Positions 30,327 to 41,534 of a stretch of DNA of 64,000 nucleotides are shown one piece after another; positions within the stretch are counted from its first letter, which is position 1; each line of letters opens with the position of its first letter. The notes under the pieces are model-generated. The model searched no databases. It saw nothing but the letters and a program-made list of their open reading frames with translations, and had not been told where the DNA came from. This DNA comes from Chthoniobacterales bacterium (GTDB lineage Bacteria; Verrucomicrobiota; Verrucomicrobiia; Chthoniobacterales; Chthoniobacteraceae), in assembly GCA_038207335.1 (NCBI GenBank), contig JBBQZX010000009.1:103174-167173 (forward strand), written 5' to 3'. The translations under genes and the position numbers were made by a program.

Positions 30327-32900
30327 TTAGAGCTTCGCCGGTTCCGGTTGAAAATCGAGCTTTCCGTCGCTCGCATCGATCCGGATTGTTTGGCCAGCGA
30401 GGAACTTTCCCGCGAGGATTTCCATGCTCAGCGGGTCCAGCACCTCCCGCTGGATCACCCGTTTCAGCGGACGCGCCCCGTACACCGGGTCGAAGCCCTC
30501 CCGCGCCAGATGCGCCTTCGCCGCGTCGGTTAGCGTGATCGTTAGGTTCTGCGCGGCGAGCCGTTTGGTCAGACGCGCGAGCTGGATTTCCACGATGCTT
30601 GCCAGCTCCGTTTCCGTCAGCCGGTCGAACATCACGATCTCATCCACCCGGTTCAGGAACTCCGGTCGAAAGTGCGCCCGCAGCGCATCCATCACCAGCG
30701 CCTCCCGCTGCTCCACGTTGTCCGAATCGTCGATGTGCTGACTCCCGATGTTCGACGTCATGATGATCACCGTGTTCTTGAAATCCACCGTCCGTCCCTG
30801 CCCATCCGTGATCCGCCCATCGTCCAGCACCTGCAGCAGCACGTTAAAAACATCCGCATGCGCCTTCTCGATCTCGTCGAAAAGCACCACCGAATATGGC
30901 TTCCGCCTCACCGCCTCGCTCAACTGCCCGCCCTCCTCATACCCCACGTAACCCGGAGGCGCCCCGATCAACCGCGCCACCGTGTGCTTCTCCATGTATT
31001 CACTCATGTCGATGCGGATCATCGCCCGCTCGTCGTCGAACAGAAACTCCGCCAGCGCCCGTGACAGCTCCGTCTTTCCCACACCCGTCGGTCCTAGAAA
31101 AATGAACGACCCGATCGGCCGCGCATCGTCCTGGAGCCCCGCACGCGCCCGCCGCACCGCGTTGGAAACCGCGGCGATCGCCTTCTTCTGCCCGATCACC
31201 CGCGCCCCCAGCCGCTCCTCCATCTTCAGCAGCTTCTCCCGCTCCCCCTCCAGCATCCGCGACACCGGGATGCCCGTCCACGCGCTCACCACCTTTGCGA
31301 TATCCTCATCCGTCACCTCCTCCCTCAGAAACCGAAACTCCCCCGCATCCCCAGCCGTCTCCGCCACCTTCGCCTCCAGCTCCGGGATCGCCCCGTACTG
31401 GATCTCACTCGCCCGTCCCAGCTCCCCCCGCCGCTGCGCCTGCTCCAACTCCGTCCGAGCCTGCTCCAACTCCGTCTTCCAACCCCGCTGCTCCTCGATC
31501 TCCGCCTTCTCCTTCTGCCACTCCGCCTTCATCGCCCCGCCACGTTCGTTCAAATCCGCCAACTCCCGCTCGATCTTCTCCAGCCGCTCCTTGCTCGCCG
31601 GGTCCTTCTCCTTCTTCAGCGCCTGGCGCTCCATCTCGTGCTGCATCACCGCCCGTTCGATCACATCGATCTCCGTCGGCATCGACTCGATCTCCATCTT
31701 CATCCGGCTCGCCGCCTCATCCATCAGGTCCACCGCCTTATCCGGCAGAAAACGATCGCTGATATACCGGTTCGACAGCGTCGCCGCCGCCACCAGCGCG
31801 CTATCTTGGATTCGCACCCCATGATGCACCTCGTACCTCTCCTTCAGACCCCGTAAAATCGCGATCGTATCCTCCACCGACGGCTCATTCACCTGCACCG
31901 GTTGGAACCTCCGCTCCAGCGCCGCATCCTTCTCCACATACTTCCGGTATTCATCCAGCGTCGTCGCCCCGATCGTCCGCAGCTCCCCCCGCGCCAGTTG
32001 CGGTTTCAACATATTGCTCGCATCCACCGCCCCCTCACTCGCCCCCGCCCCCACGATCGTGTGCAGCTCATCGATAAAAAGCACGATCTCCCCATTCGAA
32101 TCCACCACCTCCTTCAAAAACGCCTTCAGCCGATCCTCGAATTCCCCTCGGAACTTCGCCCCTGCGATCATCGCCCCCAGATCCATCGCGATGATCCGCT
32201 TCCCTTTCAGCGACTCCGGCACATCCCCGCTCACGATCCGCCGCGCCAGCCCCTCCACGATCGCCGTCTTCCCCGTCCCCGGCTCCCCGATCAGCACCGG
32301 ATTATTCTTCGTCCTGCGAGAAAGCACCTGCATCACCCGGCGGATCTCATCATCCCGCCCGATCACCGGATCGATCTTCCCCCGCCGCGCCTGCGCCGTC
32401 AGATCCCGCCCATACTTCTCCAGCGTCTGATACTTCCCCTCCGGATTCTGATCCGTCACCCGCTGCGAACCCCGCACCTGCTGCAGGCCCTCCATCAGCC
32501 CCTTCCGCTCCACCCCTGCCTGCCGCAGATACTTCCCCGCCGGCACCGTCGCATCCACCAGCGCCAGCAGATAATGCTCCGCACTCAGAAACTCATCCTT
32601 CATCCGCGCCATCTCCCCCTCCGCCGCATTCAGCACCGTCGTCAGCTCCCGCCCGATCCCCGACTGCGTCCCTCCATGCACATTCGCCCTCCTCGAAAGA
32701 TCCGCCCTCAGCGCATCCTCCACGTTCTGCGCCGAAGCCCCCACCTTCTCCAGCAGCGGCCGCGTCACCCCCTCCGCCTGCTCCAGCAGCGCCAGCAGCA
32801 TATGCTCATTCGAAATCTCCGAGTGATTCCCCTCCGAAGCCATATCCTGCGCCCCCTTCAGCGCCTCCTGCATCTTCTGCGTAAAACGATCGATTTTCAT
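30327..32900 (-). CDS. clpB: ATP-dependent chaperone ClpB
   Basis: Two AAA+ modules ([16 protein letters not shown]), [12 protein letters not shown], long coiled-coil M domain, [13 protein letters not shown]; 857 aa. Confidence 0.98.
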   Translation of the reverse strand: MKIDRFTQKMQEALKGAQDMASEGNHSEISNEHMLLALLEQAEGVTRPLLEKVGASAQNVEDALRADLSRRANVHGGTQSGIGRELTTVLNAAEGEMARMKDEFLSAEHYLLALVDATVPAGKYLRQAGVERKGLMEGLQQVRGSQRVTDQNPEGKYQTLEKYGRDLTAQARRGKIDPVIGRDDEIRRVMQVLSRRTKNNPVLIGEPGTGKTAIVEGLARRIVSGDVPESLKGKRIIAMDLGAMIAGAKFRGEFEDRLKAFLKEVVDSNGEIVLFIDELHTIVGAGASEGAVDASNMLKPQLARGELRTIGATTLDEYRKYVEKDAALERRFQPVQVNEPSVEDTIAILRGLKERYEVHHGVRIQDSALVAAATLSNRYISDRFLPDKAVDLMDEAASRMKMEIESMPTEIDVIERAVMQHEMERQALKKEKDPASKERLEKIERELADLNERGGAMKAEWQKEKAEIEEQRGWKTELEQARTELEQAQRRGELGRASEIQYGAIPELEAKVAETAGDAGEFRFLREEVTDEDIAKVVSAWTGIPVSRMLEGEREKLLKMEERLGARVIGQKKAIAAVSNAVRRARAGLQDDARPIGSFIFLGPTGVGKTELSRALAEFLFDDERAMIRIDMSEYMEKHTVARLIGAPPGYVGYEEGGQLSEAVRRKPYSVVLFDEIEKAHADVFNVLLQVLDDGRITDGQGRTVDFKNTVIIMTSNIGSQHIDDSDNVEQREALVMDALRAHFRPEFLNRVDEIVMFDRLTETELASIVEIQLARLTKRLAAQNLTITLTDAAKAHLAREGFDPVYGARPLKRVIQREVLDPLSMEILAGKFLAGQTIRIDASDGKLDFQPEPAKL

Positions 32901-33115
32901 AGATAAACTAGTCCGCCCGGTTCAGCACAAAGTCTTCCCCAGCCGCGCCAGAGTAATCGCCCCGCCCCCCTGCGCCAGCTTTACCCAAAATAGCGCCACC
33001 CCCCGCGCCAATGTCGCCCTCTTCTCCCTGCTTTGAACATGGAAGGTGCGAAAAACCCGGCCCATAGCAGCGCCCTCCCGTCATAAAATCTGCCCGACAA
33101 CGAAAGAGCGCACGC

Positions 33116-33220
33116 TGGATGGCGGCGCTCCGCGCGCCATGCGTCTCTTCGCCGAAGGCCATCCTTTCCGAGTGGCGCTAGCGCGCAGTGATGGCATGGC
33201 GCGCGGAGCGACGCCATCCA
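33116..33220. repeat. REP/MITE-like palindromic element, copy 1
   Basis: Terminal inverted repeats tggatggcggcgctccgcgcgccatgc … gcatggcgcgcggagcgacgccatcca. Confidence 0.8.
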
Positions 33221-33242
33221 CCTTGGCCTTCTCCTCCGCGAA

Positions 33243-33848
33243 TTAAATATCCTTCCGCGGCGCGGCAGCCCCCGCCTTTCCAGCCGCAGCCTCATCCTCA
33301 TACACCACCTTAAAGGTCCAGCTATAATACCCGATCCCCGGCACCGTCAGCGTGATCGTGCGCCGCTCCCTCTTTAGCGCATCCTTCGTCTCCCACACCG
33401 TCTCCAGCGCATTCTCCTTCGCCTTCTCTGCAAAATTCTTCCCATGCGCGATACTCGGCACCTTTACCGGCGTCCCATACTTCTCCGTCAGAGACTTGCG
33501 CATCGACTCATAGAAGGCCAGTCCCTTCTCCTCTGACTTATCCACACTGTATTTTACGCTTACCGTCGCCGCCGCAAAAGCATCACCCGCGAAGCGCAAC
33601 TCCAGCTCCGAGATCGGCTCCCCGGCATACGTGCCGCCCGAAAAGGTCATCACATCCGACTTCTCAGCCTTCAGCTTGATCCCCCGAGCCTGCATCTCCT
33701 TCTTCGCCGCCGCCGGATTCGCCCCAAACTTCAGCCCGAGGAAATCATCGATCTTCTCCGCCGCGGAAAGAGGCACCAAGGCCAGCGTAAGACACAACAA
33801 CGCGAGCAGGGAGGGGAGTTTGATCGGAGGAGGACTCATGATGGCCAT
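33243..33848 (-). CDS. Secreted hypothetical protein
   Basis: Signal peptide LLALLCLTLALVPLSA; plausible globular sequence (FLGLKFG…SLTEKYGTP). Confidence 0.75.
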   Translation of the reverse strand: MAIMSPPPIKLPSLLALLCLTLALVPLSAAEKIDDFLGLKFGANPAAAKKEMQARGIKLKAEKSDVMTFSGGTYAGEPISELELRFAGDAFAAATVSVKYSVDKSEEKGLAFYESMRKSLTEKYGTPVKVPSIAHGKNFAEKAKENALETVWETKDALKRERRTITLTVPGIGYYSWTFKVVYEDEAAAGKAGAAAPRKDI

Positions 33849-33942
33849 AAATTACCACACGCAGCCCCTCGCAGGCGATAATATTCCCGGCAATAACGCC
33901 ACAGGCCGTCATGCATGTTGCAGGTTGCCGGAGGAGGAAGCC

Positions 33943-34055
33943 GGGTGGATGGTGGCACTCCGCGCGCCATGCCGACCGATGCGCGACAGCGCCACTCGGC
34001 AAGGATGGCCTCCGGCGATGGGAACGCATGGCGCGCGGAGCGACGCCATCCACCC
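33943..34055. repeat. REP/MITE-like palindromic element, copy 2 (inverted relative to copy 1)
   Basis: Same terminal IRs; the core agcgccactcggcaaggatggcctccggcga is the reverse complement of the copy 1 core tcgccgaaggccatcctttccgagtggcgct, with few mismatches. Confidence 0.8.
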
Positions 34056-34341
34056 TGCGCTCCTTCACCCGACGGCCAAGCTACAAGGCAACCGGACGTT
34101 GCCATGGGAGGTCGATCGGGCGGGTGTCGCATTTTTGAGATTTACTCTGGTCTGTACCGCGTACAGCAGCCTACTTGTGCGGTACAGGGGGCAAGGCGCC
34201 GCGCGGCGCGCGGGGTATTTTTGTTTAAGAATATCACTTGCCCCCTGCTTCGGCGTGGAGGATAGGCAGCGCGCGAAGGCTGGAGGCGTCTCTGAATGCA
34301 AGGAAACCGCTCGGTCAGGCCGCATTATCCCCCACTTTCCT

Positions 34342-37300
34342 ATGAATATCCTGTCTTTGTCTCTGTCCACGCTCCGCTCGGTGCTGTCTGCCCGCGGTGG
34401 CTTCGCTGCCGCGGCCGCCGGGGTGCTGCTGCTCGCGAGCTTTGCAGGGAGTGCGGAGGGGAAAGTGGTGGCTTGGGGGTATGGTGGGGAGGGGGTGGCT
34501 CCCGTGCCGCCAGGGGCGCTGACCGGGGTGAAGGCGATCGCGGCGGGGTCGAATCACACGCTCGCGCTGAAGGTGGATGGCAGCGTGGTGGCGTGGGGGC
34601 GCAATGTGGAAGGGCAGACGACGGTGCCCGCAGCAGCGCTGTCGGGGGTGACGGCGGTGGCCGCAGGCTACTATCACAGTGTGGCGCTGACGAGTGCGGG
34701 GAAGGTGATTTCCTGGGGCTCGAGTGCCGGAGGGCAAACATACGTGCCGGTGGCGGCGCAGTCGGGCGTAGTCGCAATCGCCGGCGGGGCGTATCACACG
34801 ATGGTACTCAAGGACGACGGGAGCGTGATCGTGCTGGGTGCGCAGGGCCAGCCGGTGCTCACGGTGCCGCCCGCGGCGAAAAGCGGTGTGATCGCGATCG
34901 CGGCGGGATTTTACTCCTGTGTCGCGCTGAAGGACGACGGGAGCGTGGTCGCGTGGGGTCAGAACGATCGTGGCCAGACGACGGTGCCGGCGGCGGCGCT
35001 GTCGGGAGTGACGGCGATTTGCGCGAGCGATTATGCGACTTTTGCGGTGAAGGACGGAGGGGTGATCGCGTGGGGCAGCAATGATTACGACGAGACGGCA
35101 ATCCCGCTCGATGCGCAGTCGGAAGTGACGACTATCACGGCTGGGAGGTTTCATATGTTCGCGCTGAAGATCGACGGAACGTTGGTTGGGTGGGGATACA
35201 ACGCCTACGGGGACCTGCTTCCTCCCGCATCGGCGCAGTCGGGCGTGCTGGCGGTGGCCGCGGGGGGGTATAACAGCGTGGCGATCGTCGGGGCGATCGA
35301 GGTGCTGCCGACTCTGGGTGCGCCGACGAGTGCATATATTTCCTCCTATTCCGCGACGCTCGGAAGCGATGTCGCTGCCGATGGCGGGGCGGCGATCGTG
35401 GAGCGCGGGGTGGTGTTTTCTCTGACTTCGGAAAGTGCGACGCCTAGTCTCGGCGGCGCGGGCGTGACGAAGATCACGGACAGCGGGACGACGGGCGTCT
35501 TCACGGTGCTGACCTGGTCACTTCAGCCCGCTTCGAGATATTCGTTCCGAGCGTATGCGACGAATTCCGAGGGGACGGCCTATTCGAGCGCGGCCACATT
35601 CCGTGCGCTGCCGGATACGGTGATTACCACGATATTTTCGCAGGTGCCGACTCAGAACACGGGGGCGGAGATCATGTTCAATCGAGGAGATTCTTCACCG
35701 GCGGAGCCGCTCACTTTTGAGGGAAGCCTGGATGGGGCGGTGTTTGCGACGGTGACGAGCCCGGTGACGCTGACCGGGCTGGCCGATGGGTACCGCACGT
35801 ATGTCGTGCGGGCGAAGGACAGCGATGGGAACGTGGACCCTGCGCCGGCCGTCTTGCCCTGGGTGGTGGATACGACGCCGCCGGAGACGACGATCACCTA
35901 CGGCCCGGTCGGGCGCGTGGCGAGTACGAGTGCGGCGTTTGCATTCGGGGCGGGTGAGGCTGTGTCTTTCACTTATGTGCTGGATCACGGCGAACCGGTG
36001 GCCGGCCTGACGGGGACGGTGTGTCACGGCCTGCCGCCGAGCTTCGTCTTTCATGGGCCAACCGGCTCCTACGCGGCGGTGAGTTTCGATGGACTCGCGC
36101 TGGGAACGCACACGCTGCGGGTCTTCGCGACGGACTTGGCGGGGAATGTGGACGCGACTCCCGAGACGCGGACGTGGTCGATCCAGATCGATCCCGTGGT
36201 GGCTGTGGAGTTTGCGAAAGGGTCGGCGGTGCCGGGTGCGGGGGTGGAGGGGAGCGGAGTGGCAGCGGGGGCGGTGTTCGTGAGCTTCGGGGTGCCGTCG
36301 ATCAATGACGCGGGGGATGTGGCTTTTCTGACGAAGTGGAGTGCGCCAAGGGAGAAGGGTGTTGGGATCTTTGCGGGGAGTCCGGCGGCGCTGGTGGTGA
36401 AGGTGGGGGACGAGGCGACGGGTGGGGCGACGTTCGCGACGCTGAAGGACCCGGTGCTGGGGGATACGGGGGCGGTGGCGTTCAAGGCGACGCTGGTGGG
36501 GCCGGGGGTGACGACTGGGAATGACACAGTGCTTTTCACGAATGCGGCTCCCGGTGGGGCGCTCAGGCTGGTGGCGCGGGAGGGGGCGGTAGTGGATGGG
36601 TTGAATATCAAGAGCATCGGGAGCTTTTCGCTGCGCGGGGCGGAGGTGCTTTATGTGGCGACGCTGGCTGGCGGGCATCCGGCGGTGACGGAGGCGAACA
36701 ATATGGCGGCTTACAGCGTGATGGCGGGTATGCGAAGGACGGTGGTGCGGAAGGGGCGGCTGTTTGGGGCATCGCCGGTGAAGAGTTTCTCGCTGCTGGC
36801 GGCGGTGGCGGGTTCGCCGGGGCAGAATCGCGCGCATGTCGCCGGGAGCGCGGCATTTCTCGTGTTGCTCGCGGATGGGACACAGGCGCTGGTGGATAGC
36901 GCTGGAGGAGTGCTGACGGCATTCGCGCAGACGGGCGGGACGACTGGCAGCACGGCACTGCCGGGCACGACATGGAAGAGCTTTGGCCCGGTGGCCGCGC
37001 CGGAAGGGGCGTTCGCGGCTGTGGCGGCGACGCTGACGCCGGGTGTGGGCGGGGTGACGGCGGCGAACGCGAAGGGGATTTTCGTGGGCAATGGGACTGC
37101 ATTTAACCCGGTGGCGCGCGTGGGCGGGCCGACGGGGACGGGTGGGGCGGTTTTCGCGAGCTTCAAGGATCCGGTGCTCGCACCGGAGACGGGGGCGGTG
37201 GCCTTCCGGGCGACGATCGCGGGCACGAGGGCTGTGACGACCGCCAACGATACAGCGCTGTGGTGGAAGCCGGCAGGCGGGGCGCTCACGCGGCTCGCCC

Positions 37301-37662
37301 GGGAGGGCGGTCACCCGGAGGAAACGGAGGCTGGGGTGACGTGGCTGAGCTTCACGAGTCTCGCGATCGCCGGAGGCGAATATGGCGCGCCGATCTTCGT
37401 CGCCACGCTGCTTCAGGGGAAAGGGGGCGTGAAAGCCTCGAATGACACGGGCCTCTGGGCCGTTGACAGCAACGGCGCGCTGCGTCTGCTGGCACGCGAA
37501 GGGGATACGATCGAAGGCAAGAAGTTGAAGACGATCACCGCGCTGACGGCGGCGCCCGGCGCGCCGGGAGTAACGCGGAGCTTTAACAACGCCCGGCAAG
37601 TCATCTACCTCGCGACTTTCACTGACGCCTCGCAGGCGGTGATCACGGTGCAGGTGCCGTAG
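34342..37662 (+). CDS. Secreted protein: RCC1/BLIP-II-like repeats, FN3/Ig-like domains, C-terminal NxxGxxAF-type repeat domain
   Basis: Start re-called at ATG 34342 (signal peptide). IAAGxxHxxALKxDGSVVAWGxNxxGQ repeats; LQPASRYSFRAYATNSEG; VDTTPPETTI; PSINDAGDVAF…RLLAREGD…RSFNNARQVIY. Confidence 0.85.
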   Translation: MNILSLSLSTLRSVLSARGGFAAAAAGVLLLASFAGSAEGKVVAWGYGGEGVAPVPPGALTGVKAIAAGSNHTLALKVDGSVVAWGRNVEGQTTVPAAALSGVTAVAAGYYHSVALTSAGKVISWGSSAGGQTYVPVAAQSGVVAIAGGAYHTMVLKDDGSVIVLGAQGQPVLTVPPAAKSGVIAIAAGFYSCVALKDDGSVVAWGQNDRGQTTVPAAALSGVTAICASDYATFAVKDGGVIAWGSNDYDETAIPLDAQSEVTTITAGRFHMFALKIDGTLVGWGYNAYGDLLPPASAQSGVLAVAAGGYNSVAIVGAIEVLPTLGAPTSAYISSYSATLGSDVAADGGAAIVERGVVFSLTSESATPSLGGAGVTKITDSGTTGVFTVLTWSLQPASRYSFRAYATNSEGTAYSSAATFRALPDTVITTIFSQVPTQNTGAEIMFNRGDSSPAEPLTFEGSLDGAVFATVTSPVTLTGLADGYRTYVVRAKDSDGNVDPAPAVLPWVVDTTPPETTITYGPVGRVASTSAAFAFGAGEAVSFTYVLDHGEPVAGLTGTVCHGLPPSFVFHGPTGSYAAVSFDGLALGTHTLRVFATDLAGNVDATPETRTWSIQIDPVVAVEFAKGSAVPGAGVEGSGVAAGAVFVSFGVPSINDAGDVAFLTKWSAPREKGVGIFAGSPAALVVKVGDEATGGATFATLKDPVLGDTGAVAFKATLVGPGVTTGNDTVLFTNAAPGGALRLVAREGAVVDGLNIKSIGSFSLRGAEVLYVATLAGGHPAVTEANNMAAYSVMAGMRRTVVRKGRLFGASPVKSFSLLAAVAGSPGQNRAHVAGSAAFLVLLADGTQALVDSAGGVLTAFAQTGGTTGSTALPGTTWKSFGPVAAPEGAFAAVAATLTPGVGGVTAANAKGIFVGNGTAFNPVARVGGPTGTGGAVFASFKDPVLAPETGAVAFRATIAGTRAVTTANDTALWWKPAGGALTRLAREGGHPEETEAGVTWLSFTSLAIAGGEYGAPIFVATLLQGKGGVKASNDTGLWAVDSNGALRLLAREGDTIEGKKLKTITALTAAPGAPGVTRSFNNARQVIYLATFTDASQAVITVQVP

Positions 37663-37730
37663 CGCGCGTTCGCCTTTCCCGCGCCGTTGTAGCCGGGATC
37701 GCCGATCCCGCGGCCGGTGTGGAAGGTGCG

Positions 37731-40700
37731 CTAGGCTCGGCGGCGGCGGATGCCGAGGAGCATGGCCATTCCGCCGAGGAGGCTCAGGGCGGTGGCGGGC
37801 TCCGGGACGACGGTGAGGGTGATGGAGCTGTTGCTGCCGGTGCCGTAGTTAAGGGTGCCGCCATTGGGGAGGGCCGCGTTGTTAAATGTGCCGGTGAGGG
37901 TGCCGGTGTAGGTGGCGAGGGTGTAGGTGTGGAGGGCGGTGATGGTGCCGTTGAGGACGGTGAGGGTGAGCTGGTCGAAGGCGCTGCTGAGGTCGAGGTT
38001 GCCGTTGACGAAAAGGAGGTCGCTGGAGTTGCTGGTGGAGTCGAGGCGGATGCGGAGGGCGGCGTTGTTGCCGCTGGTGCCGGCGAAGAGGAGGGAGGTG
38101 GTGCCGCCGGCGGCGCCGACATTGAGGAGGCCGATGGTGTCGTTGCCGGGGGCGATCGTGCCGCTGGCGCCGACGGTGACGGTGGCTGCGGTGCCGCCGA
38201 CGGTGCCGAAGGAGCCGCTGAGGGTGCCGCCGCTGTTCACATTGACGATGTTGCCGACGATGGAGCCGCTGACGAAGAGGGTGCCGCCGGTGATGTTGGT
38301 GTCGCCGGTGTAGGTGTTGGTGCCGGAGAGTCTCCAACTGCCGGTGCCGGTCTTGGTGAGGCCGGTGGTGGTGGTGGGGGAGTTGTCGCTGATGGAGCCG
38401 GAGATTTCGCCGGTGCCGGCGGTGGAGCCTTGGAGGACGAGTGCTTTGCTGCTGGCGCCCGCTGCTGTGATGTTGGAGGTGAGCTTGAAGAGGCCGGTGC
38501 CGGACTGGTCGAGGATGGCGTTGAGGTTGGCGCCGGTGCCGGCAAGGTTGATGATGCGATTATTTGTCTCGCCGGTGCCGGTGTAGCGGAGGGTGGCGGG
38601 GCTGGAGGAGGAGCCGATGGAGAGTGTGCCGTTCGTGCCGAGGTTTCCGAGGACGCCCGCGTCGCCGATTTTCGCGACGCTGACGATGCCGGACTGGATG
38701 TTGGTGGTGCCGTCGAAGGTGTTGTTCGCGGTGAGGACGACGACGCCGGTGCCGTTGGAGGTGTTGTAGAAGTCCAGGGAGTTCTGGGTGCCGTTGGCGA
38801 TGACGGCGTTGATGGTGAGGGAGTTGCCGTTGGTGGTGCCGATGTCGCCGTTCGCGATATTGAGGAGGAGCTGGCCGCCGCCGGTGGCGTTGATGGTGCC
38901 GCCGTTGCCGTTGATGAGGGTGGCGTTCCCGAGTGCCAAATTGCCCGTGGAGCTGAGGTCGATGGTGCCGCCGTTGAGGGTGACGGCGCCGGTGAAAGTG
39001 TTGGTCGTCGTGAGGGCGAGGGTGCCGGGGCCGTTTTTGGTGAGGCCGCCGGTGGTCTGGTTGAGGACTTGCGAGACGGTGAAGGTGTTGGTGGGGGAGG
39101 CGATGTCGAAGCCGACGTTCTTGGCGGCGGTGAAGGTGCGGGTGTGGGCGCCGAAGTTGGTGAGGGTGTTGGCGGTGACTTGGAGGATGCCGCCGTTGAA
39201 TGTGATGGCGTTGGCGGGGTCGCCGAGATTGGCGTCGGTGCCGACGCTGAGGGTGCCGGCATTGAGGGTGATGCCGCCGGTGAAGCTGTTCGGCCCTGAC
39301 AGTGTGGTGGTGCCGGTGCCGGACTGGAAGACTCCGCCCGCACCGCTGATGGCGTTGCCGATCGTATAGGCGTTGGTGCGGTTGACGGTGAGGAAACCGA
39401 AGGCGTTCAGATTGACGGCGCCTGCGCCGAGGCTGCCGGTGGTGCCGCCGGTGCCGATGTTGAGCGTGACCGGGTTGGTGGCGGTGCGCCCCGTGACGGT
39501 CGTGGTCCCCGCGTAGGTGTTGTCGTTGCCGAAGAAGACGTTCACGGCCTGAGTGGTCTGTGCAGCGGAGGAGTTGACGAGCACGCCGCCGGCACCGCCG
39601 ATCGAGCCGCCGACGATCAGGTTTTTTCCGGTCCACTGCGCCTGAAAGGTCCCGCCGCCCGAGTTGACGGTGATCGGCCCGGCGACGGTGTGGATGCCAT
39701 CTTCGTCGCGGATCGTGCCGCCATCGAGTGTGATCGGATTCGGGATCGAGTAGGAGACCGCGTTGTTGTTTTTGATCCACAGCCGCAGGATTCCGCCTGC
39801 ATTGATCGCGACCGATCCCGTGCCCAGCGCATCCACCGTGGAGGTATCGGCAGCCGTCCCGCCGGTGCCGATGCTCACGATGCCGTTGTTGATTACTGTG
39901 CCGCCGGCGTAGGTGTTCGCCACCAAACCCGTCAGTGCCACCGCGCCGGGGCTCGCATTGATGATCGACCCCGTTCCGCTGATCAGCCCGCTGAGCGCCG
40001 TCGAGCCATTCAGATTGACGGCGAAGGTGTTCACCCCGGTGAGCGTGACCGGCCCGCTGATGTTCGATGCGTTGCCGTTGGTATTCGCCACGGTTCCGGA
40101 GTTCAGGAAGATCGGGCGCGCGATGGCCGTCGCGAGGCTATACATCGCCAGCGTGCCGCCAGTGTTCACCGTGATCGATCCGGTCGCGCCGATATTCGTG
40201 CTCGTCTCGATGCCCAGCAGGCCGCCGTTGATCACGATCGGCCCGGGATTCAACACCGTCCCGAGATTCGTCAGGTAGGTCGTGTTGACGCCGGTCTTGG
40301 TCAACGTGAACCCGCCCATGTCAAAGGTTCCCGTCGTCGCGAAGCGAATATCCCACCGGGCCGTCCCGCCGAAGGTCGTGTCTCCGTTCATCGTCACCAA
40401 CCGCAGCGCATTGAGCTGATCCGTCGCGCTGTTATTGACGATCGCCCCGAGCCCTCCCACGCCCGCGCCGCTCACGGTCACCATTTCACCTCCGAGGTTC
40501 ACTCCGTTGTTATCCAGCGTCGCGCCTGACGCGATGAAGGTCCCGTCTGCCGAGCCCACCTGTGTCCCGAGCGCAGTCGCATTTGTCACCTTCAGCGTCC
40601 CCGCCGCGATCGTCGTGACGCCGGAGTAAGTGTTTGCCGCCGAGAGTGTCAGGATGCCGGCGCCCGCCTTATTCAGCGTGGTCCCCGAGCCCGCGAGCGT

Positions 40701-41159
40701 TGCGGTGATTGTCGTCGCGATCCCCGTTCCGAGCTTCACATTTGCCGTCGTGCCATTCAGCGTCAGGGCGTTCGCGACGGTGCCAGCGATCGTGTAGCCC
40801 GTCGTGTTGAAAGTCAGGTCGTTCGCTGCGATCGGCGTTTGCAGCGTCACGGTGCCGGCAGCGCCGCCGAAGACCGCGTCGTTATCCGTCCCGGACGACG
40901 GCCAGACGACGTGTGTCACGCTGTCGTCCCAATTCGCCAGCCCCGTGTCCCAGTTGCCATTACCTCCTGCGCTCAACCCATCACCCGGCACCGCGCTGAG
41001 ATCCACCGTCCCGCCGTCCCAGAAGAACGTCGCCGCCGAGGCCGAGTGCCCCGCGAGCATTGCTGCGGCAAAAGTGGCCACCTGGGAAAAGCGCGCCAGT
41101 CGGCGTGCCTGAGTGGATGAGAATCGGCGTGAAGTCGGAAACAGAGAGGCAGTGATCAT
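37731..41159 (-). CDS. Autotransporter-associated beta-strand repeat protein with PEP-CTERM sorting signal
   Basis: Repeated LxKxGxGxLTLSxxNTYxGxTxIxxGTL; C-terminus VPEPATALSLLGGMAMLLGIRRRRA. Confidence 0.95.
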   Translation of the reverse strand: MITASLFPTSRRFSSTQARRLARFSQVATFAAAMLAGHSASAATFFWDGGTVDLSAVPGDGLSAGGNGNWDTGLANWDDSVTHVVWPSSGTDNDAVFGGAAGTVTLQTPIAANDLTFNTTGYTIAGTVANALTLNGTTANVKLGTGIATTITATLAGSGTTLNKAGAGILTLSAANTYSGVTTIAAGTLKVTNATALGTQVGSADGTFIASGATLDNNGVNLGGEMVTVSGAGVGGLGAIVNNSATDQLNALRLVTMNGDTTFGGTARWDIRFATTGTFDMGGFTLTKTGVNTTYLTNLGTVLNPGPIVINGGLLGIETSTNIGATGSITVNTGGTLAMYSLATAIARPIFLNSGTVANTNGNASNISGPVTLTGVNTFAVNLNGSTALSGLISGTGSIINASPGAVALTGLVANTYAGGTVINNGIVSIGTGGTAADTSTVDALGTGSVAINAGGILRLWIKNNNAVSYSIPNPITLDGGTIRDEDGIHTVAGPITVNSGGGTFQAQWTGKNLIVGGSIGGAGGVLVNSSAAQTTQAVNVFFGNDNTYAGTTTVTGRTATNPVTLNIGTGGTTGSLGAGAVNLNAFGFLTVNRTNAYTIGNAISGAGGVFQSGTGTTTLSGPNSFTGGITLNAGTLSVGTDANLGDPANAITFNGGILQVTANTLTNFGAHTRTFTAAKNVGFDIASPTNTFTVSQVLNQTTGGLTKNGPGTLALTTTNTFTGAVTLNGGTIDLSSTGNLALGNATLINGNGGTINATGGGQLLLNIANGDIGTTNGNSLTINAVIANGTQNSLDFYNTSNGTGVVVLTANNTFDGTTNIQSGIVSVAKIGDAGVLGNLGTNGTLSIGSSSSPATLRYTGTGETNNRIINLAGTGANLNAILDQSGTGLFKLTSNITAAGASSKALVLQGSTAGTGEISGSISDNSPTTTTGLTKTGTGSWRLSGTNTYTGDTNITGGTLFVSGSIVGNIVNVNSGGTLSGSFGTVGGTAATVTVGASGTIAPGNDTIGLLNVGAAGGTTSLLFAGTSGNNAALRIRLDSTSNSSDLLFVNGNLDLSSAFDQLTLTVLNGTITALHTYTLATYTGTLTGTFNNAALPNGGTLNYGTGSNSSITLTVVPEPATALSLLGGMAMLLGIRRRRA

Positions 41160-41534
41160 AGATAGAAACGTCAGGGGACGCGCTGGGGAAAACGTTGGAA
41201 GATTGCAATGATTCGACCTTTGTCACCTCGTTTTCTCGCGAAAAATCGGACCCGCCGTTTCAAAGCCCCGCTTAGAGCGATGCGAGGTGTACGGCTGCAA
41301 ATTGCGTCTTCTGGCTTCTCATATTGGATTTATAAGTGAGAATTGCTCCTGAGTATGGATAGGAAGCCGCAGAATAGGAATTCCACGGTCGGCGGAGGCT
41401 CTGGGGATGTTCGGCGACATCATCTCAGGCTGGAGATGGCATATCGGTGCGATTTTCACCCAACGCCGCACCCGCTTCCCGACCCGGAACCCCGTCCACG
41501 CTACGGAGCCTTGAGCTGCGCTGTGCCTCACGAG

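Noticed and set aside
33631..34341. N-terminal extensions in the ORF track (also 45915..46076, 46369..46461, 61039..61701)
   Set aside because: They overlap other genes or repeats; signal peptides or family motifs start at the downstream ATGs.
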